Shown piece after piece: positions 28,838-37,472 of a stretch of 64,000 bases of DNA (its first letter is position 1; each line of letters opens with the position of its first letter). Under the pieces are notes generated by a model, which had not been told where the DNA came from, searched no databases, and saw nothing but the letters and a program-made list of their open reading frames with translations. A program made the translations under genes and the position numbers. The DNA is taken from the NCBI GenBank assembly GCA_938010385.1, contig CALLVD010000014.1, positions 18,987 to 82,986 of the forward strand. The letters are read 5' to 3'. Source of the stretch: an uncultured Robiginitomaculum sp. GTDB taxonomy: Bacteria; Pseudomonadota; Alphaproteobacteria; Caulobacterales; Maricaulaceae.

Positions 28838-31255
28838 GTGTCCCTTCTCTCCACCGAAAGTCTTAGCTTGCTCGTCACCGGCGGCGCTGTGGCCTTTGCA
28901 GTCACGGTCGGCTTTGTCGCCTCACGCATTACGGCCGGCCCGCGGCAATCTGCGGGGCGCTGGAAAGATCGCTGCGCAGAACTGGATCAAAGCCTGGCCC
29001 GTGTTGACAGCGTTTTCGGCGCATATCCCGGATTAATATTGGTTTGGGAAGAATCGATTCCGTCCGGCGCCGATTGGGGCGAGCCGAAGGTTTATGGCAG
29101 CACGGCCGCTCTGGCTTCACTGGTGCGATTTGCGGAGCCCGGGAATCCGCGCGAATTTGCCCGCAATGTGCTTGACGGGATTGCCGATCATGAGACGGTT
29201 TCCGGCTCTACACTGCGCCGCTACGTCAAAGCCCTGCGCACAAACGGGGACGGATTTTCGGCCACGATCAAGCTGCCGGGCGGACAGGTCATAGAAGCTG
29301 ACGGCCGGCCCGCCGGGGCGCAGGTCGTGCTGTGGCTGCAAGATGCCAGCGTGCGGTCGGAAGATGCGCGCACGGCTATGTCGCGCTTTCAGGACGATAA
29401 ATTGCAGGCGGCCAAAGATCCGGTTGCTTTTATGGATATGATGCGCCGCGCGCCGTTTCCGATGTGGCGTGTGACCGGAACAGGGCGTATAGAATGGGCC
29501 AATGACGCCTATGTCAAAGCGGTTAGCGCGGACGATCAGGCCGACGTTTTAAGCCGGCAAATTCAGCTTGATGATGCAGCGGGCGAGCAAACACAGGCCG
29601 TTCTGGCTAGTAATCAGCGGCGCGAGGAAATTCGTCATATCGTGGTTGAGGGCAAACGGCGCTCAATGTCCGTGACCTTGTTTCCGATCTCCGGCGGTGC
29701 GACCGGCATTGCTGTGGACGCCACTGAGGCCGAGACTTTGCGCGAAACCCTGACCCGCCATATTCGCGCCCATGACGAAACCCTCAACCGCATGTCTGAA
29801 GGCGTTGTGGTTTTCAGCGCAGATCGCAAGATCACATTTACCAATACCGCATTTGCCGAAATATTTGCGCTGGACCAAGCATGGCTGCAAAGCGCGCCGA
29901 CCCATTCAGAATGGCTTGACGCGCTGCGCGAAAAACGCCGCTTGCCTGAGCAGGATGACTACCGCGCTTTCAAAGACCAAGAGCTGTCATTTTATACAGA
30001 CTGGCCGGATGAAACGCCGGACGAGATTTGGCCGCTGCCGGACGGACGCACGCTGCGCTTAGTGCGCATGCGCGACCCGCATGGCGGTCTGTCACTGCTG
30101 TTCGAAGACATGACCGACCGCATGACTATGCAGAGCCGGTTTAACACGCTGATCGGCGTGCAGCGCGCGACGCTGGATAAGCTGTCTGAGGGCATTGCTG
30201 TGTTCGGGCCGGACGGGCGGTTGAAGGTCTCAAATGCCTCTTTCGCCAATCTGTGGGATTTGGACGAAGCTGCCCTGACCGATGAGCCGCATTTTGACGA
30301 GCTTATCGCCCGCAGCCTGCGCTTTTACCATGATCGCGATTTCTGGTCTGATTTGAAAGCCCGAACAACGGACCCAAGCCCGGAAGTGCGTCGCCACGTT
30401 ACCGGTGAGATTAAACGCAGCGATGATTCCCTGCTGTCCTATCTGTCGCGGCCCCTGCCGGACGGCGCGACTTTGATTGCCTGGAATGATGTTACCGCCT
30501 CGCGCAAAGCGCAAACGGCGCTGATTGAACGCGCCGAAGCAATGGAAGCCGCCGACCGGGTTAAATCTGACTTTGTCGGTTTGGTCAGCTATCAGTTGCG
30601 CACGCCGCTGACGACCATATCGGGCTATGCCGATATGCTCACATCCGGCGTGGCGGGTAAGCTATCAGAGCGCGCCGAAGAATATTTGGGCTCTATTACG
30701 GCTGCTTCGGCGGATCTGGAGCAGATGATTAATGATATTTTGGACATTACCGCGATTGATGCCGATGTTTTGGATTTAGATCTGGGTGATGTGAACGTGC
30801 ACAGCCTGCTTAGCGGCGCTGTAGAATATGCGCTGATAAAGGCCGAGGATACGCAGATTGATTTGCAGCTGAAATGCCCGGACGATATCGGCGTTATTCG
30901 CGCCGATGAAAAACGCTTGAAACAGGTTATGCATAACCTGCTCTCAAATGCGCTGCGTTATACCGGCGCCGGCGGAAATATTGAGATTGCGGCAGCCAAG
31001 ACGGCGACCGGCGTTGAGATTAAAGTCAAAGATGACGGCGTCGGCATTTCCGATGAAGTGCAGCCCAAAGTGTTTGAGACGTTCCAGTCAACGCGCGGCG
31101 GGGCAGGTCTTGGCCTGGCTTTGGTTAAACGATTTGTTGAGCGTCACGGCGGCTGGACGGATCTGGAATCCGAAGAAGGGCAGGGCACGGTTGTGACCGT
31201 TTACCTGCCGGCCCGCGCATCTTTGGAAAACGCGGTGCCGGAGCTTGCGCTGTAG
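28838..31255 (+). CDS. divL: PAS-domain pseudo-histidine kinase DivL
   Basis: N-terminal TM, several PAS domains, H-box VSYQLRTPL with Tyr for His (DivL hallmark), HATPase domain. Confidence 0.9.
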   Translation: MSLLSTESLSLLVTGGAVAFAVTVGFVASRITAGPRQSAGRWKDRCAELDQSLARVDSVFGAYPGLILVWEESIPSGADWGEPKVYGSTAALASLVRFAEPGNPREFARNVLDGIADHETVSGSTLRRYVKALRTNGDGFSATIKLPGGQVIEADGRPAGAQVVLWLQDASVRSEDARTAMSRFQDDKLQAAKDPVAFMDMMRRAPFPMWRVTGTGRIEWANDAYVKAVSADDQADVLSRQIQLDDAAGEQTQAVLASNQRREEIRHIVVEGKRRSMSVTLFPISGGATGIAVDATEAETLRETLTRHIRAHDETLNRMSEGVVVFSADRKITFTNTAFAEIFALDQAWLQSAPTHSEWLDALREKRRLPEQDDYRAFKDQELSFYTDWPDETPDEIWPLPDGRTLRLVRMRDPHGGLSLLFEDMTDRMTMQSRFNTLIGVQRATLDKLSEGIAVFGPDGRLKVSNASFANLWDLDEAALTDEPHFDELIARSLRFYHDRDFWSDLKARTTDPSPEVRRHVTGEIKRSDDSLLSYLSRPLPDGATLIAWNDVTASRKAQTALIERAEAMEAADRVKSDFVGLVSYQLRTPLTTISGYADMLTSGVAGKLSERAEEYLGSITAASADLEQMINDILDITAIDADVLDLDLGDVNVHSLLSGAVEYALIKAEDTQIDLQLKCPDDIGVIRADEKRLKQVMHNLLSNALRYTGAGGNIEIAAAKTATGVEIKVKDDGVGISDEVQPKVFETFQSTRGGAGLGLALVKRFVERHGGWTDLESEEGQGTVVTVYLPARASLENAVPELAL

Positions 31256-31256
31256 C

Positions 31257-33182
31257 CTAAGCCGGCAGCGCCCCGCGCTCACCGCCTTCCGAGGCCACAC
31301 TCGCCGCTTTGTCTTCACGAACAGGACCGAAGGTCAGAACGCTCCAGCCGGGACCGGTTTTCAGCTTCTGGCCGGCTTGAAGAATATCCAGCGCGCCATC
31401 CGGGGATTTAGACAGCAGGATATCCTGCTCGCCGCGATCTTCCATCAGCCTGTCCATCGTATATTCTTCGGACAACGTGGTGGAGCGAAAACGCCAGCCC
31501 TTCCACCAATCTTGCGTCAGCGCGTCAAATGTGCGCCCGGCTGTTGAGAGCAAACGCCCGCGCGAGGTAAAGGTAATCATGTTCGGATCATTTTCCTCTT
31601 TGTCCTGCCCCGCCATTTGGAAGACGCGGTGACGGCCCAGCTCCGGCGCAAACTCAACGCAGACAAGAGAGTTGTAGGCGTCATTCGGCGTGACCGCGAT
31701 TAAGTAGTTAAACTTGCGGTGATCCAGGCGATGGTCAGCATTTTCTGACAGGACTTCGCCGTAAAATACGTCATGGCCTTCAAGGCGTGCGCCGCGAAGG
31801 CGGCGCCAATTTGTATCGGCTATTGTCACCGGCACGCCCATATCTTTCAGGCCTTTGGCAAGGCCCAATGACCATGGGTTTGCGCCGACAATCAGCACGC
31901 CTTCTTTATTTTCTGTCGCCAGGCCTAAAATCTTGGCCATTGGCGTCACGGTAAAACTGGACGCCAGAACCGTCGCAAAGACCAGCGCGAAGGCGAGCGG
32001 TATAAACATGGCGCCATCTGTGCGGCCCATAGCGACAAGCTCTGTCGCAAAGAAACCGGCCACAGCGACGGCGACGATACCGCGCGGCGCAATCCATGAA
32101 ATCAGTAAGGTCTCACGCCAGTTCAGGCCGGATTTAAACGTGCCGACAAACACGGCAATCGGACGAACCAAAAACATAACGGCCAAAACAAACAGCGCAA
32201 TTTTAGGATCGCTGACAAAGCTCTTAATGACCGGCGGGGTCAGGGTGGCCGTCAAAATGACAAACACGCCTGAGACCAGCAAGACGGCAATGTTTTCTTT
32301 AAACCGGCGCATTTCCACCATGGCGGCATATTTCGTATTGGCCATGGTAATGCCCATAGCGGTCACCGCCAAAAGGCCGGTTTCTTCGGCAAGCTCATTT
32401 GCCAAAACATAAATCAGCAGGACCCAAGCCAGTACGACCGGCGCTTTGAGATATTCCGGAATGTGCCCTTTGCGAAACGCCCAGGCCAGACCGTAGCCGG
32501 AGGCTACGCCGACAATTGTGCCGAGCACGGCGGCAAATACCAACATGCCGAAAGCAAACTGCACGCTCTCTCCGGCCTGCGTAAACTTGATATATTCATA
32601 AGCGCCGACAGCCAGCAGGGCGCCGACGGGATCGTTGACGATGCCTTCCCATTTCAGCACGTTGGCCGGACGGTCCGATAAATGCGCTTGCCGCAAAAGC
32701 GGGATGATAACCGTCGGTCCTGTCACAACGAAAAGCCCGCCGACCATCGCGGAAATATCAAGCGGCAAGCCGACGATTGAGTAGGCCGCCCATGTGCCTA
32801 AGGCCCATGATATCGGGCCCGCAAATAAGATCATGCGGCGCACCGGTTTCGAGGCGTCTCGCAGCTCTGAAAATTTAAGCGTCAGGCCGCCTTCAAACAG
32901 GATAATGGCAACGGAAATCCCGATGACGGGCCGCAGCAAATCTCCGAAATCCTGAACGGGATTCAGCCTGAGTGCATCGAGCAATCCGGCTAAAAAATCC
33001 GGCATGTTAAAGCTTTGCAAATAGCCGATGAGCGGACCGAACATAAGTCCGGCCAAAGCCATCAGGACGATTGCGGGCTTTTGCAGCTTCCACGCCAGCC
33101 ATTGCGCGCCGATGCCAAGGCCGCCGATGAGCGCCATTTTAAGCGGCAATAAATGTACAATGTGGGATGCAGTATCAGCCAT
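31257..33182 (-). CDS. Cation:proton antiporter (CPA1/NhaP type) with C-terminal RCK-like domain
   Basis: ILFEGG, TGPTVI, WEGIVNDP and APRGIVA; IVGAN nucleotide-binding-like tail. Confidence 0.92.
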   Translation of the reverse strand: MADTASHIVHLLPLKMALIGGLGIGAQWLAWKLQKPAIVLMALAGLMFGPLIGYLQSFNMPDFLAGLLDALRLNPVQDFGDLLRPVIGISVAIILFEGGLTLKFSELRDASKPVRRMILFAGPISWALGTWAAYSIVGLPLDISAMVGGLFVVTGPTVIIPLLRQAHLSDRPANVLKWEGIVNDPVGALLAVGAYEYIKFTQAGESVQFAFGMLVFAAVLGTIVGVASGYGLAWAFRKGHIPEYLKAPVVLAWVLLIYVLANELAEETGLLAVTAMGITMANTKYAAMVEMRRFKENIAVLLVSGVFVILTATLTPPVIKSFVSDPKIALFVLAVMFLVRPIAVFVGTFKSGLNWRETLLISWIAPRGIVAVAVAGFFATELVAMGRTDGAMFIPLAFALVFATVLASSFTVTPMAKILGLATENKEGVLIVGANPWSLGLAKGLKDMGVPVTIADTNWRRLRGARLEGHDVFYGEVLSENADHRLDHRKFNYLIAVTPNDAYNSLVCVEFAPELGRHRVFQMAGQDKEENDPNMITFTSRGRLLSTAGRTFDALTQDWWKGWRFRSTTLSEEYTMDRLMEDRGEQDILLSKSPDGALDILQAGQKLKTGPGWSVLTFGPVREDKAASVASEGGERGALPA

Positions 33183-33261
33183 ATATCAGGCCCTTCAGTC
33201 GAAGTTATTGTCGTGCAAACACGGCGCGACTCGCCCTGCGCGCTTTATGCTTTATTTGGGA

Positions 33262-33801
33262 TTATGAGTTGGAGGCGCGCTGTATGTCAAACCCGATATC
33301 ACCGCCGCCGTAATGACCGTCATCATAACGGGCAACGCGGGTTTCAAACCAGCCGAGCAGATATTTATAGATGCCGTTATAGGCCCCCTCCAGATCACTT
33401 TGATTAAACGGCAGGTCAAAATCAAAGACCGTATGCTCATCTAATTGCAGGAAGATTTTTTCGCCTTCTTTGCGGCATTGCAGCACGATGCGCATGTAAT
33501 CGCCCAGAGTGGAAACCTGTACGGCCAAACCGAACGCAATCGGTTCCATTGGTAAAAAGCCTTTGCCGGACACTGAGTAGGCGCCGGAGCCATATTCCTG
33601 CGCCGCGAACGCGCCTTGCGGCGGCACCAAAAAGACGCATTTCTGGCCATTATCCAAAAACTGACACAAGCCGTCGCGGATTTGTTCGGCGACAGAGCGA
33701 ATCTGTACGTAATTATCAAAACTGCGCATGCCGTAAATCTCGGCAGCGGCTTGTATTTTGGCCAGAGGCGTGTCGGGCTTCGGCTTTGATGTTTCTGTCA
33801 T
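33262..33801 (-). CDS. Hypothetical soluble protein
   Basis: 179-aa ORF with AAGGA RBS; no recognised motif. Confidence 0.7.
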   Translation of the reverse strand: MTETSKPKPDTPLAKIQAAAEIYGMRSFDNYVQIRSVAEQIRDGLCQFLDNGQKCVFLVPPQGAFAAQEYGSGAYSVSGKGFLPMEPIAFGLAVQVSTLGDYMRIVLQCRKEGEKIFLQLDEHTVFDFDLPFNQSDLEGAYNGIYKYLLGWFETRVARYDDGHYGGGDIGFDIQRASNS

Positions 33802-33960
33802 GGCAGTCCTTTATTTGCGCGCATATTTGCCTGCCCGCGCGCGCAGTGCAATCTAAAAGACGTATTTATTCACATGCGGCAAAAGCCGCCTTAACCGGTC
33901 TCAAGGGTTGGCGCGCGGGCCTATTCGCGATAAAGGTACGGCCTGTTATTAGGAAGCGCT

Positions 33961-34137
33961 ATGACCCGTCATTCAAAATATAAAGCTGCAACGCTCTTGA
34001 TTGCCTCAGGACTTGTTTTGTCCGCGTGCGGTTTACGGGGCAAATTGCAAACGCCGCCGCCCATGTGGGGCGATGATAATCGCCCGGAGGCAGAAGCGCC
34101 GCAAGACCCGCAGGGTCAGGGTTCAACGCAGCCATAA
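33961..34137 (+). CDS. Small lipoprotein, LptM/YifL/LppL-like; absent from the ORF track
   Basis: Translated by hand: MTRHSKYKAATLLIASGLVLSACGLRGKLQTPPPMWGDD... (58 aa); CGxRGxL follows the lipobox; ends 3 nt before lysA. Confidence 0.85.
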   Translation: MTRHSKYKAATLLIASGLVLSACGLRGKLQTPPPMWGDDNRPEAEAPQDPQGQGSTQP

Positions 34138-34140
34138 GTC

Positions 34141-35406
34141 ATGCGTCACTTTGATTATAAAGACGGCGTCATGCATGCCGAAGACGTTTCTCTTGCGCGC
34201 ATCGCCCAAGAGGTCGGCACTCCTGTTTACGTCTACAGCGCCGCGACGCTGACCCGTCACTTTAATGTTTTTGCCGGCGCCTTTGAGGGGCGTGACGTGC
34301 TTGTTGCCTACAGCGTTAAAGCGAATTCCAATCTGGCTGTTTTGTCCTTGCTGGGCAAGCTTGGCGCGGGCGCGGACGTGGTCTCCGGCGGGGAACTGGC
34401 CCGCGCGCTGACGGCGGGCATTCCGGCGTCAAAGATTGTTTTTTCAGGAGTTGGCAAAAAACCGGCGGAAATGCGCGCCGCGCTGAAAGCCGGCATTCGC
34501 ATGTTTAATGTCGAATCAGAGCCGGAGCTTGAAGCGCTGAATGCCGTCGCCGTAGATATGGGCATGCGCGCCCCGATCAGTTTTCGCGTAAACCCGGATG
34601 TCACGGCCGGCGGGCATGAGAAGATCTCCACCGGTAAGGCGGAAAATAAATTCGGCGTGGCCTGGTCGGCCGCAGAAGCGGCCTATGCCCGCGCGGCCGA
34701 ATTGCCCGGGATCGAGATTGTCGGCGTTGATGTACATATCGGCAGCCAAATTGACGAGCTGGCTCCGTTTAAAGCTGCGATTGAAAAAGTCTCAGGCCTT
34801 ATAGAGCGTCTTCGCGCCGCCGGGCATTCCATCAAAATGTTTGATATTGGCGGCGGGCTCGGCATTCCTTACGGCTCTAACGCGCCTGCGCCGCCCCTTC
34901 CGTCGGAATATGGCGCCATGGTCAAAGAGGCCACTGCGCATCTGGACGTGCAAATGGTGTTCGAGCCGGGCCGCATGATCGCGGGCAATGCCGGCGTCCT
35001 GCTCTCGACTGTGACTTATGTAAAGCGCGGTGAAAATCGCGATTTTCTGATTGTAGACGCGGCGATGAATGACCTTATCCGCCCGGCCCTTTATGACGCC
35101 TATCATGAAATTGAGCCGATTATTGCGCCCAAGCCGACAACGCCGCAAAAACTATACGATGTTGTCGGTCCCGTCTGCGAAAGCGGTGATACGTTCACCA
35201 AACAGCGCGAATTCCCGCAAATGGTCAGCGGCGATGTCATCGTTATGCATTCAGCCGGCGCTTATGGCGCGGTGCAGGCCGGGCAGTATAATACCCGTCC
35301 CTTGGTTCCCGAGGTTCTGGTCTCCGGTGACCGCTATGCCGTGGTCAGAGACAGGCCGCTTGTAGAAGAAATATTAAAAACAGAATCTGTTCCAAGCTGG
35401 CTTTAA
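34141..35406 (+). CDS. lysA: Diaminopimelate decarboxylase
   Basis: YSVKAN, NKFG, HIGSQ, EPGR, GPVCESGD and AGAYG motifs. Confidence 0.98.
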   Translation: MRHFDYKDGVMHAEDVSLARIAQEVGTPVYVYSAATLTRHFNVFAGAFEGRDVLVAYSVKANSNLAVLSLLGKLGAGADVVSGGELARALTAGIPASKIVFSGVGKKPAEMRAALKAGIRMFNVESEPELEALNAVAVDMGMRAPISFRVNPDVTAGGHEKISTGKAENKFGVAWSAAEAAYARAAELPGIEIVGVDVHIGSQIDELAPFKAAIEKVSGLIERLRAAGHSIKMFDIGGGLGIPYGSNAPAPPLPSEYGAMVKEATAHLDVQMVFEPGRMIAGNAGVLLSTVTYVKRGENRDFLIVDAAMNDLIRPALYDAYHEIEPIIAPKPTTPQKLYDVVGPVCESGDTFTKQREFPQMVSGDVIVMHSAGAYGAVQAGQYNTRPLVPEVLVSGDRYAVVRDRPLVEEILKTESVPSWL

Positions 35407-35470
35407 CCCCGCTTGCCAAACGGTAAAACGGCTCTAGGCTGGCGGCTCATCTTGGCAATCGGAGTGAGCT

Positions 35471-36583
35471 ATGCTGATCGGCGTTCCTAAAGAGATTAAA
35501 AACAATGAGTTTCGCGTCGGTCTGACGCCTGAATCTGTGGCCGAACTGATCGCCGCAGGGCAGGACGTGCTGATTGAAACCGCCGCCGGCGCCGGGATTG
35601 GCGCAAGCGATGCCGATTATAAAGCGGCCGGCGCGGCCATCGTCCAAACGGCCGCTGAGGTTTTTGCGCAGGCTGATATGATTATAAAAGTCAAAGAGCC
35701 GCAAGCGGCCGAGCGGGCCATGCTGCGCCCCGGGCAAATTCTTTATACTTATTTGCATCTGGCCCCGGACCGCGCGCAGACCGAAGACCTGATAAAATCA
35801 GGCGCGGTTTGCATCGCTTATGAAACCGTCACAGACGATGACGGCGGACTGCCGCTTCTGACCCCGATGAGCCAAGTCGCCGGACGTCTCTCCGTACAGG
35901 TCGGCGCAACGGCGCTTCAAAAAACCGGCGGCGGGCGCGGGGTTTTAGTCGGCGGCGTGCCGGGGACGGCGCCGGCCAAAGTCGTGATTATCGGCGGCGG
36001 CGATGTCGGCTTTAATGCGGCGCAAATGGCGGTCGGACTCCATGCTGACGTTACGATATTGGAGCGCAGCAATACGGTTATGGAAAAGCTGTCGAATTAT
36101 TTTGGGGTCAGAGCGAAGATTATTCGGTCAACGCCGGCTGTGCTGGCGGACTTGATTAAAACGGCAGATTTGGTCATTGGGGCGGTTTTGATACCGGGCG
36201 CGGCGGCGCCAAAGCTTGTCACGCGCGAGATGATAAAAACGATGCAAGAGGGCGCGGTTTTGGTCGATGTCGCCATTGATCAGGGCGGCTGCTTTGAAAC
36301 GTCCAAGCCGACTACTCACGCAGACCCGACTTATATTGTTGACGGCGTTGTGCATTACTGCGTTGCCAATATGCCCGGCGCGGTATCGCGAACGTCGACC
36401 TATGCCCTGAACGCGGCCACGGTCGGATACGCCAAAAACATTGCCCGCAAGGGCTGGAGGCAGGCTATGGCCGATGATCCGCATTTGCTAAACGGTTTAA
36501 ACGTTTGCGAAGGCAAGCTGACCTATGCAGCCGTCGGCGAAGCGCTTGGCATGGACACGGTTGACCCAAAAAGCTGTCTTTAA
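35471..36583 (+). CDS. ald: Alanine dehydrogenase
   Basis: IGVPKEIKNNEFRV, YLHLA, DVAIDQGG and YCVANMPG motifs. Confidence 0.97.
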   Translation: MLIGVPKEIKNNEFRVGLTPESVAELIAAGQDVLIETAAGAGIGASDADYKAAGAAIVQTAAEVFAQADMIIKVKEPQAAERAMLRPGQILYTYLHLAPDRAQTEDLIKSGAVCIAYETVTDDDGGLPLLTPMSQVAGRLSVQVGATALQKTGGGRGVLVGGVPGTAPAKVVIIGGGDVGFNAAQMAVGLHADVTILERSNTVMEKLSNYFGVRAKIIRSTPAVLADLIKTADLVIGAVLIPGAAAPKLVTREMIKTMQEGAVLVDVAIDQGGCFETSKPTTHADPTYIVDGVVHYCVANMPGAVSRTSTYALNAATVGYAKNIARKGWRQAMADDPHLLNGLNVCEGKLTYAAVGEALGMDTVDPKSCL

Positions 36584-36616
36584 TTTTTACAATTTAGTCG
36601 TGCATGACGGGGCATG

Positions 36617-36631
36617 ATTGGTTATACCGAT
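36617..36631. promoter_or_regulatory. Putative GntR/FadR (UxuR-like) operator before kduD
   Basis: ATTGGTTATACCGAT dyad; related copies at 45401, 45433 and 50544. Confidence 0.65.
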
Positions 36632-36660
36632 TCAAATGATTTTTACTGATGAGGCAGAAC

Positions 36661-37422
36661 ATGACTGACAATCCATTTGATTTAACCGGCCGCCGCGCTC
36701 TGGTAACCGGTGCCAATACCGGTCTCGGTCAAGGCATGGCAATCGCGCTGGCCAAAGCGGGAGCTGACATGGTTTTGGTTGGCCGCAGCAGCGCCGATGA
36801 CACAATCAAAGAAATCAAAGCGATCGGTCGTGAATGTCACCAAGTGCTCGCCGATTTAGGCAAGACCGGTGAAATGGCCGCCGTCTTTGCGCAGGTCGAA
36901 GAGACAGCCGGTCCGGTCGATATTCTCGTCAATAATGCCGGTATTATCCGCCGCGAGGACGCGCTCGATTTTACGGAAGAAAACTGGGATGACGTGATGA
37001 ACGTCAATATTAAATCCCTGTTCTTCCTCTCCCAAGCCTTTGCCAAATCAGCCGTTGCACGCAAAGCGTCCGGCAAGATTGTTAATATTGCGTCTATGCT
37101 GTCTTATCAGGGCGGCATTCGCGTCGCGTCTTACACGGCGTCCAAATCCGGCGTGATGGGCCTGACCCGCATTTTGGCTAATGAATGGGGCGCGCATGGC
37201 ATTAATGTCAACGCAATCGCGCCGGGCTATTTTGCGACCAATAACACCGCGGCCCTGCAAGCTGATCCCGAGCGCAATGCCGCAATTTTAGGCCGTATTC
37301 CTGCCGGCCATTGGGGCAAGCCGGAAGAACTCGGCGGAGCGGTTGTCTTCCTTGCTTCTGATGCTTCAAGCTATGTGCAGGGCGTGACCCTCCCGGTCGA
37401 TGGCGGCTGGCTCGCGCGTTAA
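36661..37422 (+). CDS. kduD: 2-dehydro-3-deoxy-D-gluconate 5-dehydrogenase
   Basis: SDR TGANTGLG, NNAGIIRR, ASMLSYQGGIRV and YTASK. Confidence 0.95.
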   Translation: MTDNPFDLTGRRALVTGANTGLGQGMAIALAKAGADMVLVGRSSADDTIKEIKAIGRECHQVLADLGKTGEMAAVFAQVEETAGPVDILVNNAGIIRREDALDFTEENWDDVMNVNIKSLFFLSQAFAKSAVARKASGKIVNIASMLSYQGGIRVASYTASKSGVMGLTRILANEWGAHGINVNAIAPGYFATNNTAALQADPERNAAILGRIPAGHWGKPEELGGAVVFLASDASSYVQGVTLPVDGGWLAR

Positions 37423-37472
37423 AGCGCGTCGGCGGCGCGCCCTGACTTGGCGTTAACCGGGATGAAGACCTG

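Noticed and set aside
28838-31255. Histidine kinase lacking the phospho-His (SYQLRTPL)
   Set aside because: His-to-Tyr is the established hallmark of DivL, so this is neither novel nor a pseudogene.
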